A DNA stretch of 63,973 nt, the filler included, from Deltaproteobacteria bacterium (GTDB taxonomy: Bacteria > JAUYMQ01), in the NCBI GenBank assembly GCA_030698575.1. It is 8 parts of 8 records of this genome, joined end to end, with 100 filler letters (N's around TTAATTAATTAA, not from the genome) between each part and the next. Parts side by side here need not be neighbours in the genome. Positions count along the whole stretch, not along the records: positions 6,982 to 36,427 come from JAUYMQ010000294.1; positions 36,528 to 39,112 come from JAUYMQ010000304.1; positions 39,213 to 47,667 come from JAUYMQ010000318.1; 5 more parts are not named here. The stretch is one strand, 5' to 3'. Shown piece after piece: positions 31,598 to 41,103 of the stretch. Position 1 is the stretch's first letter. Each line of letters starts with the position of its first letter. The notes beneath the pieces were generated by a model, which made no database searches, was not told the origin of the DNA, and was given only the letters and a program-made list of their open reading frames with translations. Both the position numbers and the translations under genes were made by a program.

Positions 31598-32242
31598 CTA
31601 TCCGCCGAGCGCGGCTTTCTCTTCCTCGATAAGCGCCTTGAACGACGGGCGGGCATGAATGCCATCGACGTAGCGGCGCAGCTTGGGCCAGCGCTTTGCA
31701 TCGATTTCGAAGCCCGCCTGGCGCAGGTTCACGAGGGGCGAGCAGATACCGATGTCGCCGATCGTGAAGCTCTGCCCCACGAGGTAGTCGCGGTCGCCAA
31801 TCTGGCTCTCGAGGTAATCGAAGAAGCGCGGCATCTGCTCCTCCATCGCCTTATTCGCCCCCGCCATGTCCTGCGGCTGGTTGAAGAACTTCGGGGCGAC
31901 GACGACGGGGAAGAAAATGCTGTTTCCGATCACCGGCTGCATGCCGCTGTCACCGAATTCCTCGAACCACAGGGCTCGGGCGTAGGCTTCGTTGTCGGCG
32001 GGATAGAGGGGCGGCTTGGGGTTGGTGCGCTCCAGGTACGCGCAGATCACCGAGGAGTCGGCCAGGGTGACCTTGTCGTCCTGGTAGCACGGGATCTTCC
32101 CGAGCGGGCTGATCTTCTTGTACTCGTCGCTCACGTTGACCGGAATGACCGGATCCAGATCGTAGGGAAGGCCTTTCTCGGTCATGAACACCCGGACCTT
32201 CCGGACGAAGGGGGACAGATTGACGCCATGGAGCTTCGGCAT
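31598..32242 (-). CDS. Glutathione S-transferase family protein
   Basis: SPFVRKV, SPLGKIP, DSSVICAYL, FTIGDI. Confidence 0.92.
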   Translation of the reverse strand: MPKLHGVNLSPFVRKVRVFMTEKGLPYDLDPVIPVNVSDEYKKISPLGKIPCYQDDKVTLADSSVICAYLERTNPKPPLYPADNEAYARALWFEEFGDSGMQPVIGNSIFFPVVVAPKFFNQPQDMAGANKAMEEQMPRFFDYLESQIGDRDYLVGQSFTIGDIGICSPLVNLRQAGFEIDAKRWPKLRRYVDGIHARPSFKALIEEEKAALGG

Positions 32243-32289
32243 GCTGGTTCTCCTTCTGCGGTGGAGGATCCGCCGGGGACCTCGGCGGA

Positions 32290-32952
32290 TCAGGTGGAAT
32301 CGGCATTCAAATCAAAAAGTTCGGGCAGCTTCTCCAGGATTTCGACGCGTCCTTCCGCGCTGAGTTTCCCCCCCGCCAAAGCTTCCGAGGGATGGATGGC
32401 CCCGGTCACGAGGCCCATCAGGACGGAGGGCTCGAGCGTGATGGTCAGTTCCGCGGGACCGTCGTCCAGGGTCACCGTGGTGCCCCCGCGGCCGCCCGCC
32501 ACGCGCACCGGAAGCGGTTTGCCCGGGGTCTGGATGCGGATTGCGTAGGTGTGAGCCGGGGTCGCCTCGCGCCGCGAATAGGCCAGGAGGCCGAGGCGGA
32601 GCCAGTCGGGTTCGAAGTGGTCGCCCGGATGGGGGCTGCTGAAGTAGCGCGCCCCCCAGCGAACCAGCCCCAGCAGCACGGGCACGAGGGCCTGGCCGCT
32701 ATCGCTCAGACGGTAGACCGTCGAGGCCGCCGGCGGGTCGAGTTGCTCACGGGTGATGAGGCCTTTTTCGAGGAGGCCGTTGATGCGCGCGGTCAGCACG
32801 CTCGAGCTGACGCCCGAAAGCCGCTCCCGCAAATCGCTGAAGCGCTGGGGGCCGAGCGCCAGTTCACGAATGATGAGCAGCGTCCATCGCTCGCCGATGA
32901 CCTCGGCGGCTCGGGCAACGGGACAGGATTGCGGGTAGCGGAAGGACTTCAT
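32290..32952 (-). CDS. HxlR-family winged HTH regulator with SCP2-like C-terminal domain
   Basis: CPVARAAEVIGERWTLLIIREL, RFSDL; SCP2-like tail. Confidence 0.85.
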   Translation of the reverse strand: MKSFRYPQSCPVARAAEVIGERWTLLIIRELALGPQRFSDLRERLSGVSSSVLTARINGLLEKGLITREQLDPPAASTVYRLSDSGQALVPVLLGLVRWGARYFSSPHPGDHFEPDWLRLGLLAYSRREATPAHTYAIRIQTPGKPLPVRVAGGRGGTTVTLDDGPAELTITLEPSVLMGLVTGAIHPSEALAGGKLSAEGRVEILEKLPELFDLNADST

Positions 32953-32997
32953 GCTTCTGAATTAGCACTACCCACTTCTGAAGTCAAACTTGCTATC

Positions 32998-33095
32998 TGT
33001 CATTGCGAGGAGGGGCTGGGGCCCCGACGAAGCAATCCCCAGGGTCGTGGCCATGCCCGGGGGATTGCTTCGTCGCTACGCTCCTCGCAATGACA
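32998..33095. repeat. REP-like composite palindromic element
   Basis: TGTCATTGCGAGGAG..CGACGAAGCAATCCCC and its inverted copy GGGGATTGCTTCGTCG..CTCCTCGCAATGACA. Confidence 0.85.
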
Positions 33096-33210
33096 AGGTG
33101 GGTTGGGCCCCGCTAAACCCCCGCCGCACTTAAGGGTTTCTGCCGGTCCGCCGATGAGGAGGCAGCGGTCCCGTTACCCTCCGGAACCGGCCCCAGGGAG
33201 ATTTTCAGGT

Positions 33211-33705
33211 ATGAAATCAGAAACGGAAACGCCCGAGGAGTCGCGCCACCTGATCTTCCAGGTCGGCGGACACGATCACGCGATCGGGCTTCTCGAGGTT
33301 CGCGAGATCACCGAATGCGATTCGCTCGCATCGATGCCCACGGCCGATCGGGCGTTGCGGGGCGTCATCGACCTGCGCGGCGCCGCCGTGCCGGTGGTCG
33401 ATCTGGCTCCGCTGCTGGGCCTTTCGCCCGCCGAGCCCGGGAAGGACGCCTGCGTTCTCGTGGTCGACGTGGAAGTTCGCGGGCGCCCTGCGACGATCGG
33501 GCTGCTGGCGGGGAGCGTAAGCGGCGTGGCGGAAATCACGCCGGAGCTGCTCCAGCCGCTACCGGCTACGGGATCCGAAGCCGCGGGAAACTGCCTGAGA
33601 GGGATTGCGCGGCTGGAGGGAAAGTTCGTCCCCGTGCTGGATCTGCCCCGCCTTCTGGCTGCGGCGTCGCTCACGACGCCTCACTCTTCGCCTCACTCCT
33701 TGTAG
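33211..33705 (+). CDS. cheW: CheW-like protein (orphan)
   Basis: VREI, GVIDLRG, VPVVDL, IGLL, VLDLPRL. Confidence 0.8.
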   Translation: MKSETETPEESRHLIFQVGGHDHAIGLLEVREITECDSLASMPTADRALRGVIDLRGAAVPVVDLAPLLGLSPAEPGKDACVLVVDVEVRGRPATIGLLAGSVSGVAEITPELLQPLPATGSEAAGNCLRGIARLEGKFVPVLDLPRLLAAASLTTPHSSPHSL

Positions 33706-34145
33706 GTATAGCTGAAGCCCATCTTGCAGTCGGCAACCTCGATCCCCGCGCCCTCGTTCTTCTGGACGAACCACTGCCCCTCGCCCGACTCCAGGTGGTA
33801 CTGCTGCTCCTTCTCGGCGTTCCCCGCGTCCTGGTACTCCATCGACGGGCCCTCGGCCGTAATGGGCAGGATGACCACGCGGCGGAGCACCATGCGATAG
33901 CGCACGGTCATGTCGATGGCATGCGTGCAGTCGTTCTGGATGAATCCCTTGCAGATAGGCCCTAGAATCTTCGTTTCCCGGAGCCGGGCGCAAGTCTCCC
34001 GAGCGGGTACCGGCGGGGCTTCCTGCGCCATCGCCGGAAGCGCAGGAGCGAGAAAGAGCAGCGCGGCGGCCAGCGGCAGCGCCGCGCGAAGGGACGGGTT
34101 GCGACAACGGGCGGGGCGGGCGGAGTTACGGGAATCGTGGCGCAT
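33693..34145 (-). CDS. Hypothetical secreted protein
   Basis: Signal peptide ending AMA|Q; four Cys in the mature part. Confidence 0.6.
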   Translation of the reverse strand: MRHDSRNSARPARCRNPSLRAALPLAAALLFLAPALPAMAQEAPPVPARETCARLRETKILGPICKGFIQNDCTHAIDMTVRYRMVLRRVVILPITAEGPSMEYQDAGNAEKEQQYHLESGEGQWFVQKNEGAGIEVADCKMGFSYTYKE

Positions 34146-34183
34146 GAATCTCTCCTCTCCGGAACCCGGGGCCGTGACGTCCC

Positions 34184-35035
34184 TTACTTGAAGGGGCGCT
34201 CGGGCCACCAGGGGTAGAAATCGGGCATGTCCTTGCTGGGCCGCATGGGAAAGCGGGCCGGGCGCTTATCGAGAAATGCCGTCACGCCCTCCGCGGCGTC
34301 GGCCGAGCTTCCCATGGAGTAGATCGCCTTCGAGTCGACGCGGTGGGCTTCCATCGGGTGATCGGCACCGAGCATTCGCCAGAGCATCTGGCGCGAGAGC
34401 GCGACGGAAACGGCCGAGGTGTTCTCGGCGATCTCGCGGGCCAGCGCGCGTGCTGCCGGCAGGAGATCGTCAGGTGGAAGGACACGGCTCACGAGCCGCC
34501 CCTCCAGCGCTTCCTCGGCGCTAAAGACGCGCCCGGTCGTAACCCATTCACTCGCCCGGCTGATTCCGACGATGCGCGGGAGGAACCAGGAACTGCAGGC
34601 CTCGGGGACGATCCCGCGCCGGGCGAAGACGAAGCCCATCTTCGCACTGCTGCTCGCGATGCGGACGTCCATGGGGAGCGTCATCGTCACGCCGACCCCG
34701 ACAGCCGGGCCATTGATGGCGGCGATGAAAGGCTTGATCGACTCGTAGATGCGGAGCGTGAGCACTCCGCCGCCGTCCCGGTGATCGTCCATCGCCCGCT
34801 TGCTGGTCGAATTGAAGGTCTCTCCGCCGCCTCCCAGATCGGCGCCGGCGCAGAAACCTCGCCCCGCCCCCGTGACGATGACGGCCCGCACCCGGTCGTC
34901 GGTGTCCGCCCTCTCGATCGCGTCGATCATCTCACGCTGCATCGTGGGCGTGTAAGCGTTGAGCCTTTCGGGACGGTTCAGGGTGAGTGTCAGCACGCCG
35001 TCCTCGAGGTTGTACTCGATCTGCTCGTATCCCAT
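34184..35035 (-). CDS. Crotonase/enoyl-CoA hydratase family protein
   Basis: LNRPERLNA, FCAGADL, RGIVPEACSSWFLPR. Confidence 0.92.
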   Translation of the reverse strand: MGYEQIEYNLEDGVLTLTLNRPERLNAYTPTMQREMIDAIERADTDDRVRAVIVTGAGRGFCAGADLGGGGETFNSTSKRAMDDHRDGGGVLTLRIYESIKPFIAAINGPAVGVGVTMTLPMDVRIASSSAKMGFVFARRGIVPEACSSWFLPRIVGISRASEWVTTGRVFSAEEALEGRLVSRVLPPDDLLPAARALAREIAENTSAVSVALSRQMLWRMLGADHPMEAHRVDSKAIYSMGSSADAAEGVTAFLDKRPARFPMRPSKDMPDFYPWWPERPFK

Positions 35036-35280
35036 GGTCGGTGCCCTTTCGTCGGCTTGTCGGTTCCGCTCCTCGACGGGAGAATCGCCGCTCCGGGCGC
35101 GCCGCGCAAGCCCTGTCCCCCCGACACGAGCAGACGTTGACACTTCGCAGGCCAATTTGATTTAATCCGGGCGCCTGGCCGGCTGCCGCCCCTTCGCGGG
35201 CGCGCCGGCCCTTCCGGCCCGGCGGCACCCCCGCACGCGGCCCGCTCGGCGGCCGGATTCAACGCGAAGGGGAGGAATTT

Positions 35281-35979
35281 ATGAGCTTGTTCAGCGCGGA
35301 TGGGTTTCTTTTTCTGCTCCGGTGGGGCCACTTCCTCGCCGGCATCATGTGGATAGGGCTCCTCTGGTACTTCAACTTCGTCCAGGGGGCCTTCTTCGCC
35401 GAGACCGACGCCGCGACGAAGAACAACGCAACTTCGAAGCTGGTTCCGCGGGCGCTCTGGTGGTTCCGCTGGGGGGCGATGTTCACCTTCCTGACGGGCA
35501 TCATCATGATCACCGGGTTCTATCATCAGACCGGCGGCGCCTATCTCGAGAGCCCAGCGTTCTCGCTGATCCTCCTCGGCGCCACGATGGGAATCCTCAT
35601 GTTCCTGAACGTCTGGCTCGTCATCTGGCCGAAGCAACAGATCGTGATTGCCTCGACCAACGCCGTGCTCGGCGGCGGCCAGGCGAATCCCGCGGCGGCG
35701 GCGGCCGGGAGGCGGGCGTTCCTCGCCTCGCGGACCAACACACTCTTCTCGATCCCGATGCTCTTCTTCATGGGCGCCAGCCGGCACCTCGGGCTTGGTC
35801 CGCTCGGGGCGGGCGGGATGATCCTGCTCCTGGCGATCATCTTCCTCGTCGAAGCGAACGCCCTGGTCGGCACAGCGGGACCGACGAAGCAGCCGATTGA
35901 AAAGCCTCCGGCGCTGATCACCTCGGGATTCGTCCTGACGGCGATTCTCTACCTCCTCTACGAGGGGCTGGCCGGCTAG
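35281..35979 (+). CDS. Urate hydroxylase PuuD-like membrane domain protein
   Basis: RWGHFLAGIMWIGLLWYFNFVQ, LWWFRWGA, MFLNVW..IWP, SRTNT. Confidence 0.75.
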   Translation: MSLFSADGFLFLLRWGHFLAGIMWIGLLWYFNFVQGAFFAETDAATKNNATSKLVPRALWWFRWGAMFTFLTGIIMITGFYHQTGGAYLESPAFSLILLGATMGILMFLNVWLVIWPKQQIVIASTNAVLGGGQANPAAAAAGRRAFLASRTNTLFSIPMLFFMGASRHLGLGPLGAGGMILLLAIIFLVEANALVGTAGPTKQPIEKPPALITSGFVLTAILYLLYEGLAG

Positions 35980-36003
35980 CCTTCCCGGCCAGTTCGCATA
36001 AAC

Positions 36004-36041
36004 AAGGGGTGGAGCCCTTTTCTCGAGGGTTCCACCCTTTT
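36004..36041. terminator. Bidirectional intrinsic terminator
   Basis: AAGGGGTGGAGCCCT...AGGGTTCCACCCTTT hairpin between convergent genes. Confidence 0.7.
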
Positions 36042-36042
36042 C

Positions 36043-36417
36043 TTATTCGGCCAGGAAGGCCGCCAGATCGTCAATGTCCTTGCCAAGGTGAGGCTGGGCG
36101 GGCATGAGCTTTGATTCGCGCTGGGGCGTGTAGCCCGATGGATATTCGGCGCGAAGAACGCGCGCCTCGACGAGTTCCCGCGGTGACCCCTTGATGGCCG
36201 GCCCCACGGCGCCCGGCAGAGAAGGGTCGGCATTGTGGCAGACGATGCAGTTCACCTTGTAGACGCGCCGGCCACGGTCGGCCGGCGTCCCGGATTCCGC
36301 ATTGCCTCCCTCGACCCCCGTCCCGCAGCCGGAGAGGCTCCAGGCGGAACCAAATAAAAGCGCGCTTGCGAGCAGGACTCGCAGCGCGCTTCCAGATTCT
36401 CCGCCGGCGGCATTCAC
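36043..36417 (-). CDS. Monoheme cytochrome c lipoprotein (start uncertain, near contig end)
   Basis: Lipobox LSGC; CIVCH; distal MP. Confidence 0.8.
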   Translation of the reverse strand: MNAAGGESGSALRVLLASALLFGSAWSLSGCGTGVEGGNAESGTPADRGRRVYKVNCIVCHNADPSLPGAVGPAIKGSPRELVEARVLRAEYPSGYTPQRESKLMPAQPHLGKDIDDLAAFLAE

Positions 36418-36427
36418 TGCGGGAATT

Positions 36428-36527
36428 NNNNNNNNNNNNNNNNNNNNNNNNNNNNNNNNNNNNNNNNNNNNTTAATTAATTAANNNNNNNNNNNNNNNNN
36501 NNNNNNNNNNNNNNNNNNNNNNNNNNN
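36428..36527. other. Artificial contig-join linker
   Basis: N-TTAATTAATTAA-N. Confidence 0.99.
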
Positions 36528-37064
36528 GACGATCTGATGCGGGCCAACCCGGGCATCGATCCATCCCGGTTGGGTCCCGGAAGCACACTGCGTGTTCCGG
36601 CGCGGAGTGGCGGATCGCCTGGGGGAGGAATCTTTCAGGCCGGATTTGGCCGCCGCGACACCGACGCATTCATGTGGCCGGTTCCGGGCGGGGCCATCAA
36701 CTCTTATTTCAGTTCTCGATGGGGGCGGCGGCACTTGGGCCTCGATCTGAAGGCGCCGCGGGGGACCCCCGTGAGGGCGGCCGAGTCGGGACAGGTCGTC
36801 GCCAGCGGGTGGGGGCGCGGATACGGCAACTACATCAGGATCCGCCATTCAGATAATTTTGAGACGCTCTATGCGCACAACGAGGTGAACCTCATCGCGC
36901 GAGGCGCCTGGGTGTCGCGGGGGCAGGTCGTCGCGCGTGTGGGCCAGACAGGCAATGCAACCGGCCCCCATCTGCACTTCGAGATCATCCGGAACGCCAG
37001 GGCGCGCGACCCGCTATACTACCTCCCCGTGGGGAGAGCCTGGTCGGGGTACGCACGGCTCTGA
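36528..37064 (+). CDS. LysM / M23 peptidase (5' truncated)
   Basis: LysM tail (ANP..LGPGSTLRVP); HLGLD, YAHN, GPHLHFE. Confidence 0.9.
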   Translation, partial: DDLMRANPGIDPSRLGPGSTLRVPARSGGSPGGGIFQAGFGRRDTDAFMWPVPGGAINSYFSSRWGRRHLGLDLKAPRGTPVRAAESGQVVASGWGRGYGNYIRIRHSDNFETLYAHNEVNLIARGAWVSRGQVVARVGQTGNATGPHLHFEIIRNARARDPLYYLPVGRAWSGYARL

Positions 37065-37108
37065 TCCGGCGGCCGCGCGCAGAGAGCGAACAATCGACAG
37101 GGGGGTCC

Positions 37109-37636
37109 ATGGAAGGCAAGGCTTACATCGAGCAGTTCATCCGGGACGTTCCCGATTTTCCGAAGCCGGGAATCATCTTCAAGGACATCACGCCCCTGCT
37201 GCAGGATGCGCGCGGCCTGAAAATTGCGGTGGATCTCATGGGCGCGCCTTTCGAGGGTGGCGGCGTGGACGTGGTGCTGGGAATCGAATCGCGCGGCTAT
37301 CTTTTCGCCGCGCCGCTTGCCTACAAGCTCGGCGCGGGGCTTGTGCTGGTGCGAAAGCCGGGCAAGCTCCCCTACCGGAAGCGCAGCGCGACCTACGATC
37401 TCGAGTACGGCACCGACACGATCGAGATTCACGAAGACGCCATAGGCCCGGGGCAGAAGGTGCTGCTGGCCGACGATCTCATCGCCACGGGCGGCACGGC
37501 CTCGGCGGCCCTCGAGCTTGTAGAAAAGGCCGGGGGGAGCGTCGTGGCGTTTACCTTCCTGGTCGAGCTGGCTTTCCTACCGGGGCGGGAAAAGCTGGCG
37601 CCGCACCCGGTGCACTCGGTTCTTCGCTTCGAGTAG
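37109..37636 (+). CDS. apt: Adenine phosphoribosyltransferase
   Basis: PDFPKPGIIFKDIT, RKPGKLP, DDLIATGGT. Confidence 0.96.
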   Translation: MEGKAYIEQFIRDVPDFPKPGIIFKDITPLLQDARGLKIAVDLMGAPFEGGGVDVVLGIESRGYLFAAPLAYKLGAGLVLVRKPGKLPYRKRSATYDLEYGTDTIEIHEDAIGPGQKVLLADDLIATGGTASAALELVEKAGGSVVAFTFLVELAFLPGREKLAPHPVHSVLRFE

Positions 37637-37640
37637 CATC

Positions 37641-38684
37641 ATGTCCGAAGGCCCGACGATCCACATCGAGGTGACGCGCGCGGAGGCCGGGCTGCGCCTC
37701 GACCGATTGCTACAGGCGCGCATTCCGTGGCGCTCGCGCCCGAGCCTTCGCGCGCTGGTGAATTCGGGCGAGGTTCTCCTGAACGGACGCGGCGCGAAGC
37801 CGGCCCGGCGGGTGCTGGCCGGAGATCGGGTCGCGACGTCGGTCCGCGATCCTCGCCCGCTCTCCCACCAGTCCCTCCCTCGCGAACTGTCCGTTCTCGC
37901 TGACGATCCCGATTTCCTCGCCGTGGACAAACCGGCGGGGCTCTCCACCCATCCCACCGGCCGCCACCTCCGCGACAACGTGCTGAGCGCCTTGCGCTGG
38001 CGCTACGGCGAACCGCCGCCGCACCCTGTCCACCGGCTCGATCTTGAAACCAGCGGCGTTCTGCTCTGCTCCCGGAGCCGCGAAGCGCACCGGGTCCTCG
38101 CCCTGCAGTTCGAACGGCGCGAGGTGGAGAAGCATTACCTGGCGATGGTTGTGGGTCGGCTGGAGCAGGAGTCGGGCGTGTTCAGCGGGGCGCTGGGCCG
38201 CGACGGAGGATCGGAGGTCCGGGTTCGCATGCGGGCGGGGGCCGGGTCGGGCGCGCCGGCGCGGACCGATTTCCGGGTGGTCGCCCGCTGGCAGGAGTTT
38301 TCCCTTCTCTGTCTTCGTCCCTACACGGGCCGGCAGCACCAGATTCGCGCCCATCTCGCGGAGGCGGGGCACGCGGTCGTCGGAGACAAGATCTATGGGC
38401 CCGACGAGCGGAACTTCCTGGCGCATCTCGCGGGACGACTCCCCGAGGCAGCCCGCCGCGGCCTGCTGCTCGATCGCCACGCGTTGCACGCGGCGGCGCT
38501 CCGGTTTCGCCACCCGCGCACAGATGCTCCGATCGAGGTCCGGGCGCCGCTGCCCGCCGATCTGGGGGGATTCATCGAGGGCCTCGGGCCTGCCTTGGGC
38601 TGGGCGCCGGGCGGGGATCTCCTTCAGGAAGGCGGAGGCCGGATGTCCTTGAAGGGGCTCGGCGGGACCTTGCCACTCTTGTAG
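37641..38684 (+). CDS. RluA/RluD family pseudouridine synthase
   Basis: S4 domain; DKPAG, HRLDLETSG, TGRQHQIR. Confidence 0.92.
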   Translation: MSEGPTIHIEVTRAEAGLRLDRLLQARIPWRSRPSLRALVNSGEVLLNGRGAKPARRVLAGDRVATSVRDPRPLSHQSLPRELSVLADDPDFLAVDKPAGLSTHPTGRHLRDNVLSALRWRYGEPPPHPVHRLDLETSGVLLCSRSREAHRVLALQFERREVEKHYLAMVVGRLEQESGVFSGALGRDGGSEVRVRMRAGAGSGAPARTDFRVVARWQEFSLLCLRPYTGRQHQIRAHLAEAGHAVVGDKIYGPDERNFLAHLAGRLPEAARRGLLLDRHALHAAALRFRHPRTDAPIEVRAPLPADLGGFIEGLGPALGWAPGGDLLQEGGGRMSLKGLGGTLPLL

Positions 38685-39112
38685 ATTTCGACTCGCTTCT
38701 CGAACATTTCGCGTACTTCCCGATTGAGAGTCATGAGCAGTGCGATCTCGATCGTTTCTTGGGCTCTCTGCATGTCTTTCATCCGCTCGTAGAGAACGGC
38801 GCGCACCGCCAGCAGATCGGGCAGGTAGTTGTAAGTGCGGCCCAGCTCGTCCAGGCGCTCTCCCGTCGGCTCAGCCCGGCCGGTGGTCATGGCGAAGCGC
38901 ACCTCGTTCATCGCCACATCCAGCCCGGTGGCCCGCTCGAACTTGTTCAGTATTTCGTGCCCCTCCTGCGGATCCCCATCGGGGGTCAACGCAATGAGCT
39001 TGGCGCTCACGTAGGCCACAAAGGGGTCCTTCGGCCGCTGCTGGTGGTAGGTGCGATAGTGTTCGAGAGCGAGGGAGATCTCGCCCTTGGTGAAGTAGAG
39101 ATCGCCCAGATT
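38624..39112 (-). CDS. TPR-containing protein (5' truncated)
   Basis: Frame is open to the contig end; NLGDLYFTKGE..AL..Y TPR pattern. Confidence 0.65.
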   Translation of the reverse strand, partial: NLGDLYFTKGEISLALEHYRTYHQQRPKDPFVAYVSAKLIALTPDGDPQEGHEILNKFERATGLDVAMNEVRFAMTTGRAEPTGERLDELGRTYNYLPDLLAVRAVLYERMKDMQRAQETIEIALLMTLNREVREMFEKRVEIYKSGKVPPSPFKDIRPPPS

Positions 39113-39212
39113 NNNNNNNNNNNNNNNNNNNNNNNNNNNNNNNNNNNNNNNNNNNNTTAATTAATTAANNNNNNNNNNNNNNNNNNNNNNNNNNNNNNNN
39201 NNNNNNNNNNNN
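39113..39212. other. Artificial contig-join linker
   Basis: N-TTAATTAATTAA-N. Confidence 0.99.
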
Positions 39213-39344
39213 CGGTTCCATCATTCCGCGGACGTGAACCGCAACCTGGAACGAGTGTCCGTGGAGGCGAGCGCACTTATGCGCTGGCGGAACGTTCGGT
39301 AGCCGGTGCGCTGCTTCAAACGTGAATTCTTTGAAGATCTCCAT
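39213..39344 (-). CDS. queD: 6-carboxytetrahydropterin synthase (3' truncated)
   Basis: [16 protein letters not shown]...[18 protein letters not shown]. Confidence 0.92.
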
Positions 39345-39358
39345 GGCGCAACGTCCTC

Positions 39359-40000
39359 CTAGGGCAATCCAACAAGCTTGTGCGTTTGAAGGCTCAGCCT
39401 CCATTGTGGGTGCTCGAGGCAGTAACGAGCGGCCATCTCGGTGTTCTGCTGCACTTCGGGCCCATCCATCGGCTGTAGAAAGAAGTGTCTGAAGTCGAGA
39501 GCGGCATATCGCTCGGGCTCACCACCGACTTGGCGGTAGACGAGCTTGAGCTCGTCACCCGATAGTTGGACTAGCTGCGCATTTGCCTTAGGACTGACGC
39601 AGAGCCAGTCGATGCCGGCCACCGCTGGGATTGTCCCGTTGCTTTCGACAGCCACCTCGAAGCCGACTTCGTGGAGAGCGGCGACAAGCGGCTCGTCCAG
39701 CTGCAGCATCGGCTCACCACCGGTACACACGACAAGCGGTCGCAGTCTGCCGCTCGCCTCCATTCGCCATGTCGAATGCACAGCGGCGGCCAGCTCTTGC
39801 GCGGATGCGAACTTCCCTCCACCTGGGCCATCCGTGCCGAAAAAGTCCGTATCGCAGAACTGACAGACCGCCTGAGCCCTGTCCTCCTCACGGCCGGTCC
39901 AAAGGTTGCAACCCGCGAACCGAAGGAAAACGGCGGCCCGGCCGGTGTTCGCCCCCTCTCCTTGGAGGGTGTAATAGATCTCCTTCACCGCATAGCTCAC
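39359..40000 (-). CDS. queE: 7-carboxy-7-deazaguanine synthase (CX14CX2C type)
   Basis: [39 protein letters not shown]. Confidence 0.95.
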   Translation of the reverse strand: MSYAVKEIYYTLQGEGANTGRAAVFLRFAGCNLWTGREEDRAQAVCQFCDTDFFGTDGPGGGKFASAQELAAAVHSTWRMEASGRLRPLVVCTGGEPMLQLDEPLVAALHEVGFEVAVESNGTIPAVAGIDWLCVSPKANAQLVQLSGDELKLVYRQVGGEPERYAALDFRHFFLQPMDGPEVQQNTEMAARYCLEHPQWRLSLQTHKLVGLP

Positions 40001-40710
40001 GCGGAAACCACAGCCTCCGTCCGATAGTTGATCGGATCAACTGCTCCGGCTTCGGCGAAGCCCTTCAGCCGGAGTAGGCAGGAGTCACACCTACCGCAAG
40101 CCTCACCGGTTGCGGATGGGTCATAACAGCTTGAGGTCAACGAGTAATCAACTCCGAGCTCGAGCCCACGGCGGATGATTTGGGCTTTCGAGAGCTGAAT
40201 TAACGGTGAGTGAATCTTAAGGCGCTGGCGACCCTCGACCGCCGCTTTCGTGGCTCGGTTGGCCATCTGTTCGAATGCTGCGATGTACTCAGGTCGGCAG
40301 TCGGGATAGCCACTGTAGTCGAGTGCATTCACTCCTATATAGACGTCGCTAGCGCCCAGTACCTCTGCCCAAGCCAGGGCGAATGACAGGAAGATCGTGT
40401 TGCGTGCAGGCACGTACGTAACTGGGATGCCCGTGCCCATCTCTTCGACCGAGCGACCCTTGGGAACGGGGATGTCGCTTGTAAGGGCCGATCCACCGAA
40501 CAGGCGAAGGTCGATATCCACCACGACATGCTGCGCGACGCCCATGGTCTGAGCGATTCGGCGCGCGGCCTCGAGTTCGAATGCATGGCGCTGTCCGTAT
40601 CGGAACGACAGCGCGCAAGGCTCAAAGTGTTCCGCCTTGGCGATTACCAGCGTCGTCGTGGAATCCAGACCTCCACTCAGTAGCACGACCGCTTTAGGCT
40701 TCGTGTTCAT
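39997..40710 (-). CDS. queC: 7-cyano-7-deazaguanine synthase
   Basis: SGGLDS, YVPARN, YPDCR, SCY..CGRCDSC. Confidence 0.96.
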   Translation of the reverse strand: MNTKPKAVVLLSGGLDSTTTLVIAKAEHFEPCALSFRYGQRHAFELEAARRIAQTMGVAQHVVVDIDLRLFGGSALTSDIPVPKGRSVEEMGTGIPVTYVPARNTIFLSFALAWAEVLGASDVYIGVNALDYSGYPDCRPEYIAAFEQMANRATKAAVEGRQRLKIHSPLIQLSKAQIIRRGLELGVDYSLTSSCYDPSATGEACGRCDSCLLRLKGFAEAGAVDPINYRTEAVVSA

Positions 40711-41012
40711 GGTGTTTCCCCCGACGATCCGCCGTTGCCGTTGTTGAATAGACGCAGTTGCTGGTCGCTTTGTGGACTGATCGGTTCAACGCTAAGGGCG
40801 TACAATCGAATCGCGTCGACGTCACTGGCAGTGAACAGAACTCGACCCCTCCGATCTCGGTGACCGGCGGGTACCTGGCCGTCACGGCGCCAGCGCCAAA
40901 TCGTCTGACGTGTTCTCCCAACTGCCGTCTCGACTTCATCGAGGGTGAAATACCGCACGCCCTGTATGTCGAGGATGGCCGGATCTCTCTTGCGTTGGCT
41001 TCGGGAGGGCAT
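40707..41012 (-). CDS. MerR/Xis-like HTH DNA-binding protein heading the que operon
   Basis: [37 protein letters not shown] overlap with queC. Confidence 0.75.
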   Translation of the reverse strand: MPSRSQRKRDPAILDIQGVRYFTLDEVETAVGRTRQTIWRWRRDGQVPAGHRDRRGRVLFTASDVDAIRLYALSVEPISPQSDQQLRLFNNGNGGSSGETP

Positions 41013-41061
41013 GGCGCGTCGGCGCTGGTGTTGTTAAATCACGTTCTACGACGTATCGACA

Positions 41062-41097
41062 TGTAACTCCATATAACACTCCGTTACAGGACGTCAA
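41062..41097 (-). promoter_or_regulatory. Divergent promoter region with a dyad
   Basis: Minus strand TTGACG-N16-TATATG; TGTAAC-N15-GTTACA inverted repeat at 41062-41088. Confidence 0.5.
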
Positions 41098-41103
41098 GAC
41101 CCA

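Noticed and set aside
33211-33705. Orphan cheW
   Set aside because: Stand-alone CheW paralogs are common; no supporting context
38624-38684. 61-bp convergent overlap of the RluA and TPR genes, and the 106-bp ArsR/SRPBCC overlap
   Set aside because: Non-conserved tail extensions are common in GC-rich genomes
41013-41103. preQ1 riboswitch upstream of the que genes
   Set aside because: No recognisable preQ1-I stem-loop with an A-rich tail
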